Notes under the pieces: generated by a model
The model's input: the letters and a program-made list of their open reading frames with translations, nothing else
What the model was told of the DNA's origin: nothing
The model's database searches: none
Translations under genes and position numbers: made by a program
Shown here: piece after piece, positions 24,601 to 38,072 of the stretch
Layout of the letters: each line of letters opens with the position of its first letter
Position numbering within the stretch: position 1 is the stretch's first letter
Assembly: GCF_006345805.1 (NCBI RefSeq)
Contig: NC_042998.1
Coordinates: 36,332,001 to 36,396,000, forward strand
Length of the DNA stretch: 64,000 nt
Direction of reading: 5' to 3'
DNA from: Octopus sinensis
Lineage: Eukaryota

Positions 24601-25025
24601 AGCATTATTTCTGTAAACAGCCAGTCGCCTTCTGCGGCTCGTTGGACAACCTGCACCTCTCCCCTCGCCAAGAACTTAATGACAGTAGACTACCTCTGCA
24701 TGAAACTCACTATTCGTCTGCAATGAAGAAAAGCAACACGGTCTCCGAGTAATTCTTGTTTTTTATATAATTTTCATCTGTCTTGCCCGCATATTGTTCT
24801 GGTGTCCGCTGAATTTTTCTCTAGAGAACATTCTTTTCTTTGTAGTTTGATCGTTGGTGATCTACTTCTAGCATACGGCTGATCACTTAGTGGTCTTTTA
24901 GACCTTTAAATATATATATATATATATATATATAGTAAGGAAAAATTTTTTTAAAAATGCAGAATGCTCAAATGAAAGAAAATTTTAATAAAATGAGAAA
25001 ATGATAAAATATATAAATATATATT

Positions 25026-25066
25026 TATTCAACCGGTTTTTGTCATTGTATGACTTGTCAAGAATA
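25026..25066 (-). ncRNA. Degenerate hammerhead-like motif with U3:A8 core (G12 lost)
   Basis: UAUUC [UUGACAA] GUCA-UACAA-UGAC AAAAA CCGG UU | GAAUA. Confidence 0.4.
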
Positions 25067-25389
25067 TTTATGTTTTAAGAAGTTATTTTAAAAATTAGAA
25101 AGGGGAAAAAAAGAAAATTGCATTGTTTTTTGTAAAAGAATAATGATAAAAATGTACAAAAATTAAAAAATAAGTTCTAATTCTGGATTTCTTTTTGCAT
25201 ACACAACAATCCCTGTTTCTAGCAATAAGCTATAAAACAATTTTTTCACCTTAACGAACTTCAATACGGAAAAAAATTTAAACTTACAATAAAAGGCTAT
25301 TGTTTCTGAAAGTTGTTTTTATACCTTCTAGGGATTGCTTGAAGCTTACTATCTTCCTACACCTTTACACCCACAGACACACACAGAGA

Positions 25390-25440
<51 letters not shown>

Positions 25441-25854
25441 CTGTGTGCTGTGCGTGTGTATTGACGTGTGTGTGTCTGTGAGTAGCTTAGTTGAAGATCG
25501 ATAAAATTACTAAAATACAAGGGTAAACATAAATTTCTTCGAATGCCTACCTTAAGTATTGTTAGATCAAGCGTCGTCTTCAGTCGTCTACTCTTTGAAA
25601 TTGGAAGCTCTGGAAATAAGTATTGAAGTTAGAATCTGATGCTGATTCAAGATAAAAATGAGTTTCAAGTGTAAACTTTATCTTACGAAAACCGTTGAAT
25701 ACTAACTGTTGAATATATTAAATATACGCAATCACACACTTACAAACATGCATCTATGTATATATGTGTGTATCTGTATGTACGTACGTACGTACGTACG
25801 TATGTATGTATGTATGTATGTATGTATGTATGTATCTATCTATCTATCTATATG

Positions 25855-25888
<34 letters not shown>

Positions 25889-26454
25889 AATCTGTCTAAC
25901 TGATTTTAGTTACATACATTTACTGGGATGCATGCGCAATCATTTATTTACGTAGAGAGTCACATGACAACTGTATTCATAGCGTCAAACTAATGAATTC
26001 TATTGGTGCATTGAAATTACGTGTTTATTTTTTAAATGCAAAATTAAATTCCTTTCGAAATTTGATTGGAACTGAAATTTGATTATATGTTTTCTTAAAG
26101 AAGATTTTTAATTGGTAGATTTCAATAAAAACAATAACAGTAACAAACTTTTTAAAAACTAAATGAAAATGCAAACCCAAAACAAAACGCATTTAATCAT
26201 TACGCTAAGCGCTTGAATTCATTTGAATTAATAGCTGTTATTGAGACGGGGATCATAGTTACGCCATTGTATCAGTCCTTGAATCTTGAGTGTTGCGGAA
26301 GCAGCCTGTTGCATGTGTATTGCCAAACTAGCATGCGCCTACAACCGGAAGTTTAGTTTGTTTCGGTTATTTCAACATGGTCAGCGAGCACTATTTGTTT
26401 GATGGTTACTGAATTGATTATTTAATTCATTAATTTGCAAACAAATAGATAAAT

Positions 26455-26815
26455 ATTTGCACTAAAAGGACAAAGGCCATGTACACTCCACTCGTTAGGG
26501 AAGCGTATGTAGAGCCTGACATTTTTGAGGGGGAGAAAAATACCTGAAAGTGGTGGACAGCTTTGTGTGTCTTGGAGGCACGTTTGGCACTGGAATAAAT
26601 CACATGATGGCGAAAATCATTGCAGATGCTTTCGCGAAACTAGAGAAGCGAGTCTAGTCAGTTCGGGATATCACAAGAGACATGAAGCTATCTTTGTATG
26701 GAGCCTGTGTTCTTACAATCCAACTATACGGCTGCGAAACGTGGACAGTTTACAGACATCATATCAAGCAGTTGGAAAGGTCTCATTAAGCATCGTAACT
26801 AATGCATCCTGAACA
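26455..26815 (+). mobile_element. RTE-clade LINE fragment
   Basis: KVVDSFVCLGG...AFAKLEKRV*...MKLSLYGACVLTIQLYGCETWTVYRHHIKQLER. Confidence 0.85.
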
Positions 26816-27649
26816 GAAATTGTCATTTTCTATTGCTCATGGTTGGTTAGTTAATTTGAGATTTGGTTGTAATTCACACACCCTCTCTTTACCTCTCACA
26901 CTGACGTGTGTGTGTGTGTGGGTCTTTGCATTGTACATTACAGTAAATCAGGATTTAATATTACAAAAAGAAACTATCAGTCCATGACCCACAGAAGACA
27001 GTCAATAGGGAGAAAGGACGACTCAACATTTACAAAGGTTTGACAGTAGCAATTGTACAACTGCAGAAGCAGCAACAGTAAAAATAAAACCACGTATCTT
27101 CAGCTAGCGGACAATTATTACAAAGGAGGCAATCATTTCGTCATAATGTATGGCTAGATTAGAAATTTAGATTTGAAATGAAGGGGCTAAAGATCCATAG
27201 AATTCATATATTGGCGTATTTAATTCATATTTCCTTACTTATGACGGAGTTCGTAAAGTTTCTAGTCTGTGATAATCATGTATAGCATTATTTCATTCCT
27301 TTTAAACATCATCAGCATGATGTAATCATGAATTTATTTATTAAACATTTTATGAAGTGAGACATTCATAAAGAGGGAAAATAATTAGCCTGGAAGAAAT
27401 TCATTGAACGCACGTTTTCCTTTCTTTTCTTTATAAATTGTTAGAAAATTAATAATGGAGAGAAACGAGACAATGTTTTTAGCATCTACGTCCAGTGTCG
27501 CTCTTTCCAGAGAGTTCTACCTAGTAAAGGCGTCATGAAAAGCCAATAGGTTTAGTTTTAACCAAAACATAATTCAAGGAACCATTTCGACATATTCTTT
27601 GAGGTGTAGAAACTGGTTTAAAGCTTCTACTTCATAATATTCTTGCGAG

Positions 27650-27830
27650 TAGAGATAGCTAGCAGACAGAATCGTCCGTCATCTCGTTCTGAGTTCATAT
27701 CCCGCCGAGGTTGACTTTTCCTTTCATCTTTTCGGGGTCGGCAAAATATATACCAGTTGAATACTAGGCTCTATGTAATCGCATCAACCACTTTCCTGGG
27801 CTTACTGGCCTTGTGTCGAAATGTGAAACC
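27650..27830 (+). mobile_element. Meta-type SINE (diverged)
   Basis: GTTCTGAGTTCATATCCCGCCGAGGTTGACTTTTCCTTTCATCTTTTCGGGGTCG. Confidence 0.7.
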
Positions 27831-27994
27831 TATACTGAGGCAAGTAAAAAGTTTTGAAATATTTACATACGTGTTAGTTTGTGTCGTGTATATCTGTAGC
27901 AAAACACTTCAAGCCGTGGAAGGTACACTCTGAGGTTGGTCGTATCGTGATAGCTGGTGCACTGACAAATGCATAGCTCCACTCTGTATGTGAT

Positions 27995-28640
27995 TTGAAA
28001 GCGGCACAGATGAACGTGCAGCATTGTCTAATTCGGGAACTTATGCTTTATAAGTTCGAACTGGGCCGTAATGTCACTGAAGCAACCCAATATATTTGTT
28101 GTGTGAAGTTTAAAGCTGCAGCTGATCTCAGTAAGTTACCACATTGTTTAAGAAATTTTTCTCAGGTTAAGGAACCACGATGATCAGGCAAAGACATGAA
28201 GACCTAAAACCCTGGAGTCCAAGGCCATACTCCAAACCCTAGAGGCAAATCCGGCCAGTAGGAATCAGGGAGCATCAGGCGAGCTTGGCATTTCACGGAT
28301 GTATTCCATTCGGCAGCAAAACTCTCAGGCATTGGTTAACAGAAAGCGAACCCTTCTGCAGCAAGACAACGCAAGACATGCTACTTGAGAGACCTGGAAT
28401 AAAATCGAAGACCTTGAAGGAATCGAACTGATGCAACACCCAGCATATAGGCAAGACGTAGGCCGCTCGAATTATTTATTCTGATCTGTGGTTTGCTTCG
28501 TGCGTTCGTGATGCCTCGTCAAACAAGAGGAGGTGGAAGCTTCAGTGACGGAGTTCTTCGCGCCGAAGCTCAAGAACTGGGATCAAAGACCAAGGCAGCT
28601 CCAGGCGGGACAACACAGTGACCTGTTCTTTGAATGCTGC
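27995..28640 (+). mobile_element. Mariner transposase pseudogene (internally deleted)
   Basis: N-terminus IRELMLYKFELGRNVTEATQYIC; C-terminus LLQQDNARHA...HPAY...EFFAPKLKNW. Confidence 0.8.
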
Positions 28641-29138
28641 TTTTGTTGGAATTTGACAAATAGAAAAAAACAAGTCATGAAAATATTGCAAACATTTTGC
28701 AAACACACAACAGGAACCTCTCATTACGAAGTGGAAGAGGCAAGTTTTTGTAAACGCATCATTCTGACAGTCGTCAACAATTTCAATGGATTGTTGGTTA
28801 ACGAAAGTTCTAAGGGCAAATGCTTTTCACTTTAAAAAATAAGCAAAACAAAAAAAAGAACCCTCGAAATAACTGTATTGATAGCTATCGATATAGCTGT
28901 GAATTTTACACCTTTCTGGTTGTCCCCAATTTTTTGTTGCAAAAACATAGATGTATAAATCCTGTAACGTTTTTTAACTGTCATATTGAAGTTTAAAAAT
29001 AACGGCATCGTGTGTATACATAATCATGTATCTGGTCCGTTGATGCGTGTGAACCATGGCTCTACATCCATTGAAAATATATGGGAAATATATGCTGTTA
29101 GTTATATGTCTTGTTTTATTTTTATGTGCATATGTCTA

Positions 29139-29244
<106 letters not shown>

Positions 29245-29485
29245 CCTGTGTATGTGAATGTGTGTGTGCTTGTCGGTGTGTGTGTAATATGTGTTTATAT
29301 ACATATATATATGCACGTCTATATATGTATATATATGTATATGTATATAAATATATAATACGTATGTATATTTATACACACATATATATGTATATATATT
29401 TATGTATATGTATATATAAATATATATACATATGTATATATACATATATACATATATATACACACATGTATACATATGAATATAT

Positions 29486-29529
<44 letters not shown>

Positions 29530-29538
29530 TATATACAT

Positions 29539-29569
<31 letters not shown>

Positions 29570-30328
29570 CACTCACGCACATATATGCATAGGCTCTCAC
29601 AAACACGCACATATAGATACTATATTTTCATATAATGCTGCTACAAGAATTACGTTTTGGCCTTGAAGTATTTTCTAGAGGACTTTATTTTATTACCGTT
29701 AAATAAAATGAATCATATTGTTTTATAAAATCAGAAAATAACCATTTTAAAGTGTTTCTATGAGCAACACCACTAAAGTATCGTTAAGCTCAGTTGCCGA
29801 CTATTAATATGATTAAATCATGGCTGTGATATTGGTTGGCTTCAGGGGCAGAATAATAAAATATATTCTTCATACATGCGCACACATACACGCTTACATT
29901 ATTTTGAATTTACATTCAAAAGCAAAATAGTTCAGCAAATACAGTAAAGTTCTTCCAAACCTAAGCCCAACCATCTATCATCATGCCCGTATCCTATTAT
30001 TCAATCTGTGGGAAAATTGGAAATTCGTAATTGGTATAGCAATGTTATGGGTTTCTAAATTTGTAACGAAGGCGCACACAATATCTGCATTGGAAAACAA
30101 TAATATACTTCACTGTAAACATAGATAAATTTTAAGTAACAACATTTTAAAACATTATAAAGTTCTGTATAGATACGAAGATTAAGCAAATGTTCGATTA
30201 TATAAATGTGTACTCAAATGTTAAAGGAGATAATCATCGAGGAGGTCATGGATGGAAAGGAAAGAAAATTCAGAAACTTTGATGACTGATTGTTTGAGCA
30301 AGCAATTAATCAAGCAATCGATTAGTTA

Positions 30329-30690
30329 ATTGGTCAAATGGTTGTGGACGGAATAAGATCGAAGCTATCAACACCTGGGCGGTTTCGCTCCTTAGATATG
30401 GAGCAGGGGTAATCGCATGCAAAGTAGACGAAGGAAACAGCTTAGACAGAAAGACAAGGACGTTGCTAACTAGATATGGGTCACTCCACACAAAAAGTGA
30501 CACAGACAGGCGGTATGTACCAAGAAAAAGAGGGGGAAGAGGACTTATTGGATGCGAACACATCATTAGAGGAGAAGAAAACAATATAGTATGGTATGTA
30601 AAAATGTCACAGATTATCAGAGATAGGAAGGTCAGGCTTCTGTAGGATGAAAGATTGCAAATATTAAGCACTATACAAGAAATTGAAAAC
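30329..30690 (+). mobile_element. R4/Dong-clade RT C-terminal fragment
   Basis: NKIEAINTWAVSLLRYGAGVI...LDRKTRTLLTRYGSLHTKSDTDRRYVPRKRGGRGLI. Confidence 0.85.
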
Positions 30691-31358
30691 GAATAATACT
30701 ACAAAACCCGTATCAAACCTGAATCCACATAATGAATCGGATTTTGCACAGTAACTTTAAAAACATTAAGGCAATGATATATAATACAAGTTCCAAGTGT
30801 AAATTTCTCTTTTGCTTTAATACTGTGAACCTACGTGTACACTTTAGCGGGCACATTTTCAATTGATTACGGCTCTGGAAGATGGAAACCGCTTGCTTCT
30901 TGGTAAAGTAATTTTCGGTCATAAACTCAATGTCCTACTATGACTTGCTTCTATGTTATCCGAAAGTACAGACGAACGAAATAGCGGTCGGTTGTAAAAA
31001 GTAAAGTAACTATTTTAATCGGTAATTCAAATGTTAGACGACTTCTCAATGGAAGACGTCTGACACAGTCTCTGTATAAGACGAGAATGTGTATAATTGC
31101 ATTCATAATTAATACATACGTTGACGCGGTGAAATGCAACATTTCTGAATCAAGATCAACGAAGTAACACTTATGTGATGCAAACAAATGAAGGATATAA
31201 CAACCTACAAAAAATCTCAGCACTCTTCGATCGAGCCCAGTACTTAACTTTATCGACTCCGAAAGGATGAAAGACAAAGTCAACCTCGGTGGAATTTGAA
31301 CTCAGAAGGTAAAGATGGACGAAATACCACTAAGTATTTTACCTGGACTGCTAACGTT

Positions 31359-31592
31359 TCTTATTTTTTATTGCCCACAAGGGGCTAAACATAGAGGGGC
31401 TAAACAAGGACAGACAAACGGATTAAGTCGATTACATCGACTCTAGTGCGTAACTGGTACTTATCTAATCGACCCTGAAAGGATGAAAGGCAAAGTCGAC
31501 CTCGGCGGAATTTGAACTCAGAACGTTAAGTCAGACGAAATACCGTAAAGCATTTCGCCCGGCGTGCTAACGTTTCTGCCAACTCGCCGCCT
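31359..31592 (-). mobile_element. Meta-type SINE (octopus OR1-like), full length; partial copy at ~31220-31345
   Basis: Head GGCGGCGAGTTGGCAGAAACGTTAGC, B box GTTCAAATTCC, CCTTTCATCCTTTC...GTCGAT domain, tail AGCCCCTTGTGGGCAATAAA. Confidence 0.9.
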
Positions 31593-31734
31593 TAAAAAAC
31601 AGTAATAATGACAAAGGAGGGAATGATTTCGTTATGAAATCCATTCGCATATAATTGTTTCTGCTATAAGAGAATATACAGTTATATTTTAATAGTTGCG
31701 TCCCGCCTAAAGCTTTTATGCATGTCTGTCTGTT

Positions 31735-31809
<75 letters not shown>

Positions 31810-31866
31810 ATGTATGTATGTATGTATGCATGTATGTATGCATTATCTATCTATCTATCTATCTAA

Positions 31867-31947
<81 letters not shown>

Positions 31948-34900
31948 GGTGGTTTGCCCTCAAGAGAGCAGTAAAAGCAGAAGCGATTAGGTACAGCAAA
32001 GCACTAGCCATAGATAGAAATAGAGTAGAGGGTGAGCTAGTTAAGAAGCTAGAAGAGGCAATTAGAAGCGGCATCGCATCCGACGTTTTGGCGGCGAGGT
32101 TGGCCCTCGACCAACACTTCAACGCCAAACACGAAGGATGTGCTGTCAGAGCTAGGATGCGTGCTCTAAGGAACGAAGGTGTTGGAGCCGCGAGAGAGGC
32201 CCGGGTGGCAGAGGCGCAACAGGGCAACAAAGTCACCATTCGGTCCCTGGTAGATGAACAGGGGCGCGAATTGCTCGAGCCAAGTAAAATGTGTGAGGCC
32301 TTTCAGCAGCATTTTGCCCGACTGTTCGGAACGAGTGGAGGGCAGAACGTAGGGTGGACTTCAGTGCCTACCTACATAGCCTACCACGACTCTCGACAAG
32401 AAAGGCAGGGTGCTGCGAAGGTGCCATCACGGCGGCGGAAGTGCAGGAAGCGATGGCAGAATGCTCGAGGGACAAATCACCGGGTTTGGATGGTCTACCC
32501 TACGAGCTTTACAATTGTATGCCAGACTTGTTTGGAGATCTCTTAGCGGCGGTGTACTGCAACTGGCAGCAAAACGGGAGCATTCCTGGTTTTGTGAGCC
32601 GAGGAGCCGTAACACTGCTGAAGAAAGATCTAAACAAGGGAATGTAATAGATAACTTTAGGCCCATCACTCTGCTTAATGCAGACTTGAAAATTTTGGCC
32701 AAGGTGCTAGCCAAGAGGTTGGCGCTTGTCATCGAGAAGCTGGTCGACAAGGCGCAAAACAGCGCCGTGCCAGGCCGGACCATCCATGACAACCTCCACC
32801 TGATGCGCTACATCATAGAGAGGGTAGTTAACGAACCTGGCATGTGGGGGCGCTGATCAATTTGGATCAATCGAAAGCTTTCGATAGGGTGGACCATCGA
32901 TACTTGGAGGCGGTCCTCGAAGCGGCTGGCTTCGGTCCCGTCTTCCGCGGCTGGATAGCCGCTTTGTACAGAGGCATCCGTTCGGTAATTCGCGTGAATG
33001 GACATCTATCGAGACCCTTCGACATCGCACGTTCGGTCCGTCAGGGATGCCCCCTCTCGTCGCTTCTATACGTATTGACTCTCGAGCCATTATTGCAGAA
33101 GCTGGCAACCTTGAGAGACATCCCGCGAGAACTGGGATGCGGGACGAGCGTGTCTGCATACGCGGACGACGTCACCGTCATAGTGTCTAGCCACGAGCAC
33201 ATCGAGCAGGTCGGCGAGACACTGAAAAACTACGAAGCAGTGACAGGAGCGAAAATCAACCGGGAAAAGTCAGTGGGCTTGCGACTAGGCACCTGGAGAA
33301 GCAAGCCCATGCCGTCCACCAGCGCCTCCGTCGTGGGACGCTGGACCGACGGCCCGGTTGAGTTGCCGGGGTCTGGTTTGGTCCGGACCTCCAAGTGGAG
33401 AAGAACTGGAACGAGATAACGAGTGTGGGTGGTCACTCTCGCCCGGCAATGGGCCGAGAGGAAACTGTCCCTAAAAGGTCGGGCGGAGGTGCGAACACGT
33501 ACATCGCGTCCGTCATCTACTACCGCCTGACCGTCGTACCTTGTCCCGACCCTACCATCACCAAACTAAACGCATTCTCTTTCGCTTCTTTGGAAAGGAT
33601 GCGTCCCGATGGTCAGGCGATCCATTTGCTGTCAACACCGTTAAAAGGAGGGCTGGGCATGCCGTAGTTGATGATGCGCAGACACGCGCTGAGACTGCGA
33701 CATCTCTGGCTCTATGTAGACGACGGTGAACAGGTGTGGTCACCGTTGTGAGGCACGCTTTCCCGCAGCTCGTCTCCATGACCGAACTGCAGTCGTGGAT
33801 CAAAAAGAGGCCGAGGAAGGGCGAATGGCACCGCGAGTGTCGCGTTGCTCTCAAGCAACTCTGCCGTCCTGGGTCGACCTTGAGTGACTTCAACACAACC
33901 AAAGCATTCTATAGGGGTTTAGTGGAGGGGAGGCACGACGACGAGCTCGGGGCGAACCTGGACGTCGACGAGGAGTACCTGACCCGCCTGCTCAGGACGA
34001 CTTTCGGGCCAGGGCCCATGGACAACTTCCAGAGATCCTTGGCCTGGCAGTGCTACCGAGAAGCGCTACCCGTTCGGGATAAGCTCTACAGACACGGCTC
34101 GAGAAACACGGGGCCGACCTGCCCGAGTTGCGGTCAGAGCGACGAAACCGTTCTGCACGCACTCGTGCAGTGTCCAACAATTTCCGACCTGTGGGCTTAT
34201 GTCGAACAACTGCTGTCACGTGTGGGACGAGTCGGTTTACAGCTGAGTCTATCGTCAATATTGTCACGCCTCCTTCCTCAAACGGGAAGGAAGAGCTATT
34301 TTCATCATCCTTGTGGCTATGGCGAAAGAATGTATCTGTGGACGCGTCTGAAAGGATTGGAGACAACACTTCCTCTCTGGTCAATCTCTCATCAACTTCT
34401 TCAAGTACCACTTGAAAAGAAAGTGAGAGTAGAGAGGGCAGTTTTGTCTAGCGAATGTTTTAAAAAAGATGGGTGAATGTAGCAAGAATGGCACGTATGA
34501 ATGACGAAGCCACCTTGAGCATGATCCCATGAACCCAGAAATTGAAAACAGAGAGTTGCTCATTCGCAAAAAAAAAAAAAAAGAATTAACATGTGACTCC
34601 ATTGACCGAGGTTACCGTGGTCTTTTTCCGTAGGCTTTTCTTTCCACGGTTAACCTCACCTGTCCTCCCTTACACTTCATATTGACATTTTGTGATAACG
34701 ATCCCTATTGATCAATTTTTTTTCCTGTTCCCCTTTTTTTTAACCCCCCCCTTTTTTTGTCCTCTTTCTCTCCTTTTACGATCCCTTTTGATCGAAACAC
34801 TCCCCTCCCCTTCCCTTTTTTTTTTTTAAACCTTCAAAAGAAAAGCTCTACCTTGTAATTTTTCTATCTGTGTGCAGCCCTGTGTGGCTAATAAAGAACA
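31948..34900 (+). mobile_element. 5'-truncated L1-clade Tx1-like LINE (ORF2 RT, zinc knuckle, 3' UTR) between (TATC)n arrays
   Basis: KSPGLDGLPYE, NFRPITLLNADLKILAKVLA, LDQSKAFDRVDH, VRQGCPLS, AYADDV, CPSCGQSDETVLHALVQC; AATAAA at 34890; several frameshifts. Confidence 0.92.
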
Positions 34901-34910
34901 ATCTTCTATC

Positions 34911-34964
<54 letters not shown>

Positions 34965-34990
34965 CTCCATCCATCATCCTCCATCCATCC

Positions 34991-35039
<49 letters not shown>

Positions 35040-36087
35040 GGGCTGTAAGTATCCAATTTACCCATCTGTCTATGTATACGTATATAAATGTTTCTATGAA
35101 GATACACCCAAGACTGGAATATATTTCATATGCCGAACGCACTCCTGCCTGTCCTTCATATACAGAAACTTAACTCATACCCATAAATCCTTGTCGAGCA
35201 TATTTTATTTTATAAATTATTTACTTTTATTTTTTTTTTGTTTCCATATTCATTGGCAAATGTTTCAGGGTGTAACTAATTTCAGTTTTTGAGTTGACTT
35301 ACAAGTGCTTAGAAGAGACTTGAAAACATATTTCGTTGGCAAAAAATAAACGTTCAAAAATGCGGAGGTTCAATAGGATGAAACATTTGATATTGATGAG
35401 CAATTTACTTCAATGAACAGAAAAAGAAAAAAAAAGGAACAGAAGAATATGCGGTAAGAATCAATTGAAACCTTATTGAAAATTCCTCTTATAGCCTGTC
35501 ATGTTTTAAAGAAATCACCAGCAAACTGTGATCAGTCAGTTTCGATATTGAAATACCCATGAAAATCGATGGAAAAATTGCTTTTCACTTTGCGTAGTTC
35601 ATGTTGCTATTGGAAATGTAAAATACTGTTAGAAACAAACAAAAAAAAAGTGAGGGAGAAAGCAAATTTAAAGAGAAATATGAAAATGTTTGGTTCGCAG
35701 GAATCACAGAAGAACAGAGAAAACGTGTAATAGAAAATTAAATTAATTCGTGAAACTTCTTACCTTTGGCGATAAAAATGAAGAATTCGACAATTATATA
35801 TGTTGAACCTACTCCCCACCTCATAAAGTAAAAATAAAATAAAGGAACAAATAGGTTTATCCCTTAAAATCTTTTCCATTGACCCAATTTATTCATTTGG
35901 GACATGCACGGCCATTATATCAACGTAAAGCATTCAAGTGCCAATTATTTCAACATTTCACTTTGGGAATAAATAATATCAATTCTAAGAAAAGGAGAGT
36001 TCTTTCTTTTAGCTTTGCCGCAGCTTTTGATGTTCATTAAAATCTCAGAATGTTTTCTAATGTTAATAATAATAATAATAATAATAA

Positions 36088-36603
36088 TTTCTGATCTTAA
36101 CTGATTGGAAGTGTTATCATGTACATTGTTTTGTCTTGGTATAAAAGATGGGCTACAGCAAATATTCTGCTCAATACCACAGATTTGCTTGTCAGTTGTT
36201 TGACCTTAACCAGTTGAGCATGTCCCTTAGTGGCTGACGATATGTGCATCTCTGATCACGAGCAGAAGTAGTGGGGGAGCATCATAGCCATGTGTTGAGA
36301 AGGATTTTTTGGGGTTTGAATAATTCACCTCTGGAAACATGGGTTTTCGTTCAACTCCTAAACAACCCTTATTCAGGGACCTTTTGAGCGGATGGGTTAC
36401 TCGATCTGAAGAAAATTCTAACTGGGCTCCACCTGCAAGGTCATGTGCTGTTTATCTTGATATGAGATCACCATGTCGCGCACATATGGTTGTGATGCAT
36501 GTGCCTGGTGTACCCTTATCAGACGGGTAGTCATGATGGGTATACTGGGCTTCGTATATTTTACCCCAGTGTCACTTTGATGGCATGCTCTGCTCGCTCA
36601 CTC
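36088..36603 (+). mobile_element. Unclassified ~515-bp element between (TAA)n tracts
   Basis: GC-balanced non-coding block; (TAA)n at ~36064-36087 and 36604-36627; CTGGG...CCCAG stem near the 3' end. Confidence 0.45.
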
Positions 36604-36626
36604 AATAATAATAATAATAATAATAA

Positions 36627-36838
36627 TCGTTTCTACTCCATGCACAAGGTCCGAATTTCTTGTGGAGGGAGGGGGTCAGTCGATAAGATCGACCGCAGTT
36701 CCCAACTGGGGCCTTCGACCCCGAAATGATGAAAGGCGGAGTCGACCTCAGCAGAATTTGAACTCAGAACATAAAGACAGACTAAATATCGCTAAGCATT
36801 TCGCCCGGGCGTGCTTACGTTTCTGCCAGTTCGCCGCC
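36627..36838 (-). mobile_element. Meta-type SINE
   Basis: Same head and central domain as 31359-31592. Confidence 0.85.
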
Positions 36839-36841
36839 TTA

Positions 36842-36906
<65 letters not shown>

Positions 36907-36932
36907 ATAATAATAATAATAATAATGATAAA

Positions 36933-37925
36933 TTATTTTATTAGTCACAAGGGCTTAAATAAAGCAACATTAAAGGACATGCAACAACATAAAGACAACA
37001 CAAAACGTTACAAAGGGTTTTCCACGTGTAAACACTATATAACAGTTCTTCACAGGTGTATGCTCAGAATTGGTCTTTTCATACTGGCCATTCTTCCAAA
37101 ATTTACCCACCTTTCAACAAACTTGCTAGAAGGCAAAACTTCCCTCTCCACCCTCAACTTCCTTTTCAAGTAAAACTTGAAAAAGTTGATGAGGCAAATA
37201 AAAACTGCCTGCCCCTCCCGGCCAAAGGAGGGCAGCGGGGCAATCTTCACTATGGATTCAGCTGATATCCGGCTGCGTCCTACACGCGACAGCAAGTATT
37301 CGACATAAACCCTCAGGTCAGCAATACTCGAGCACTGGACGAGGGAGGCAGAACGGTTTCGTCACTCTGAGCGCACCTTGCGCAGGACCGGCTGACGGCA
37401 CTTCCGTGCCTTTAAAGTTTATTCCGAACGGGCAGCGCCCCTCGGTAGCACTGTCAGGCAAGGGACTTCTGGAAGTTATCCATAGGCCCAGACCCTCCAT
37501 TCAGCGGCTGTTGATAGCAGATGGATCACTTGACTAGTGGAACAAGCTTCTTCCACAGAAAAAAGGAAAACTAAGCGAACCATCTTGGTCAACCAGCAAA
37601 CGGGGCAAGGGACGACGGTCAAGCGGTAATAGATGACGGCGGCGAGCTGGGCAGAAGCGTTAGCACGCCGGGCGAAATGCTTTGTGGTGGTATTTCGTCA
37701 GCCGCTACGTTCTGAGTTCAAATTCCGCCGAGGTCGACTTTGCCTTTCATCTTTTCGGGGTCGATAAATTAAGTACCAGTTATGCACTGGGGTCGATGTA
37801 ATCGACTTAATACCTATGTCTGTCCTTGTTTGTCTCCTCTATGTTTAGCCCCTTGTGGGTAATAAAGAAATAGGTAATAGATGACGGATGCGATATACGC
37901 ATTCGCCACCTCCGATCGACCTAAT
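36933..37925 (-). mobile_element. Tx1-like LINE 3' fragment, internally deleted, interrupted by a SINE
   Basis: LSRVGRSRISAESIVKIAPLPSF...KRKLRVEREVLPSSKFVERW is homologous to ~34200-34500; YIASVIYYRLTV is split by the SINE at 37638. Confidence 0.85.
37638..37872 (+). mobile_element. Meta-type SINE with 13-bp TSD
   Basis: GGTAATAGATGAC at 37625-37637 and 37873-37885. Confidence 0.92.
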
Positions 37926-37986
37926 TTTGGCACTAGTAAAATGTAGCAATGTTTAGCTGTATTATTATTATTATTATTATTATTAT

Positions 37987-38034
<48 letters not shown>

Positions 38035-38072
38035 CAGCAATAGTAGTAGTAGTAGCACTACTACTACTACTA

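Noticed and set aside
36500-36603. Possible HDV-like ribozyme at the end of the TAA-flanked element
   Set aside because: Could not find the P3/L3 (UCCnCG-like) and P1.1 pattern by eye on either strand.
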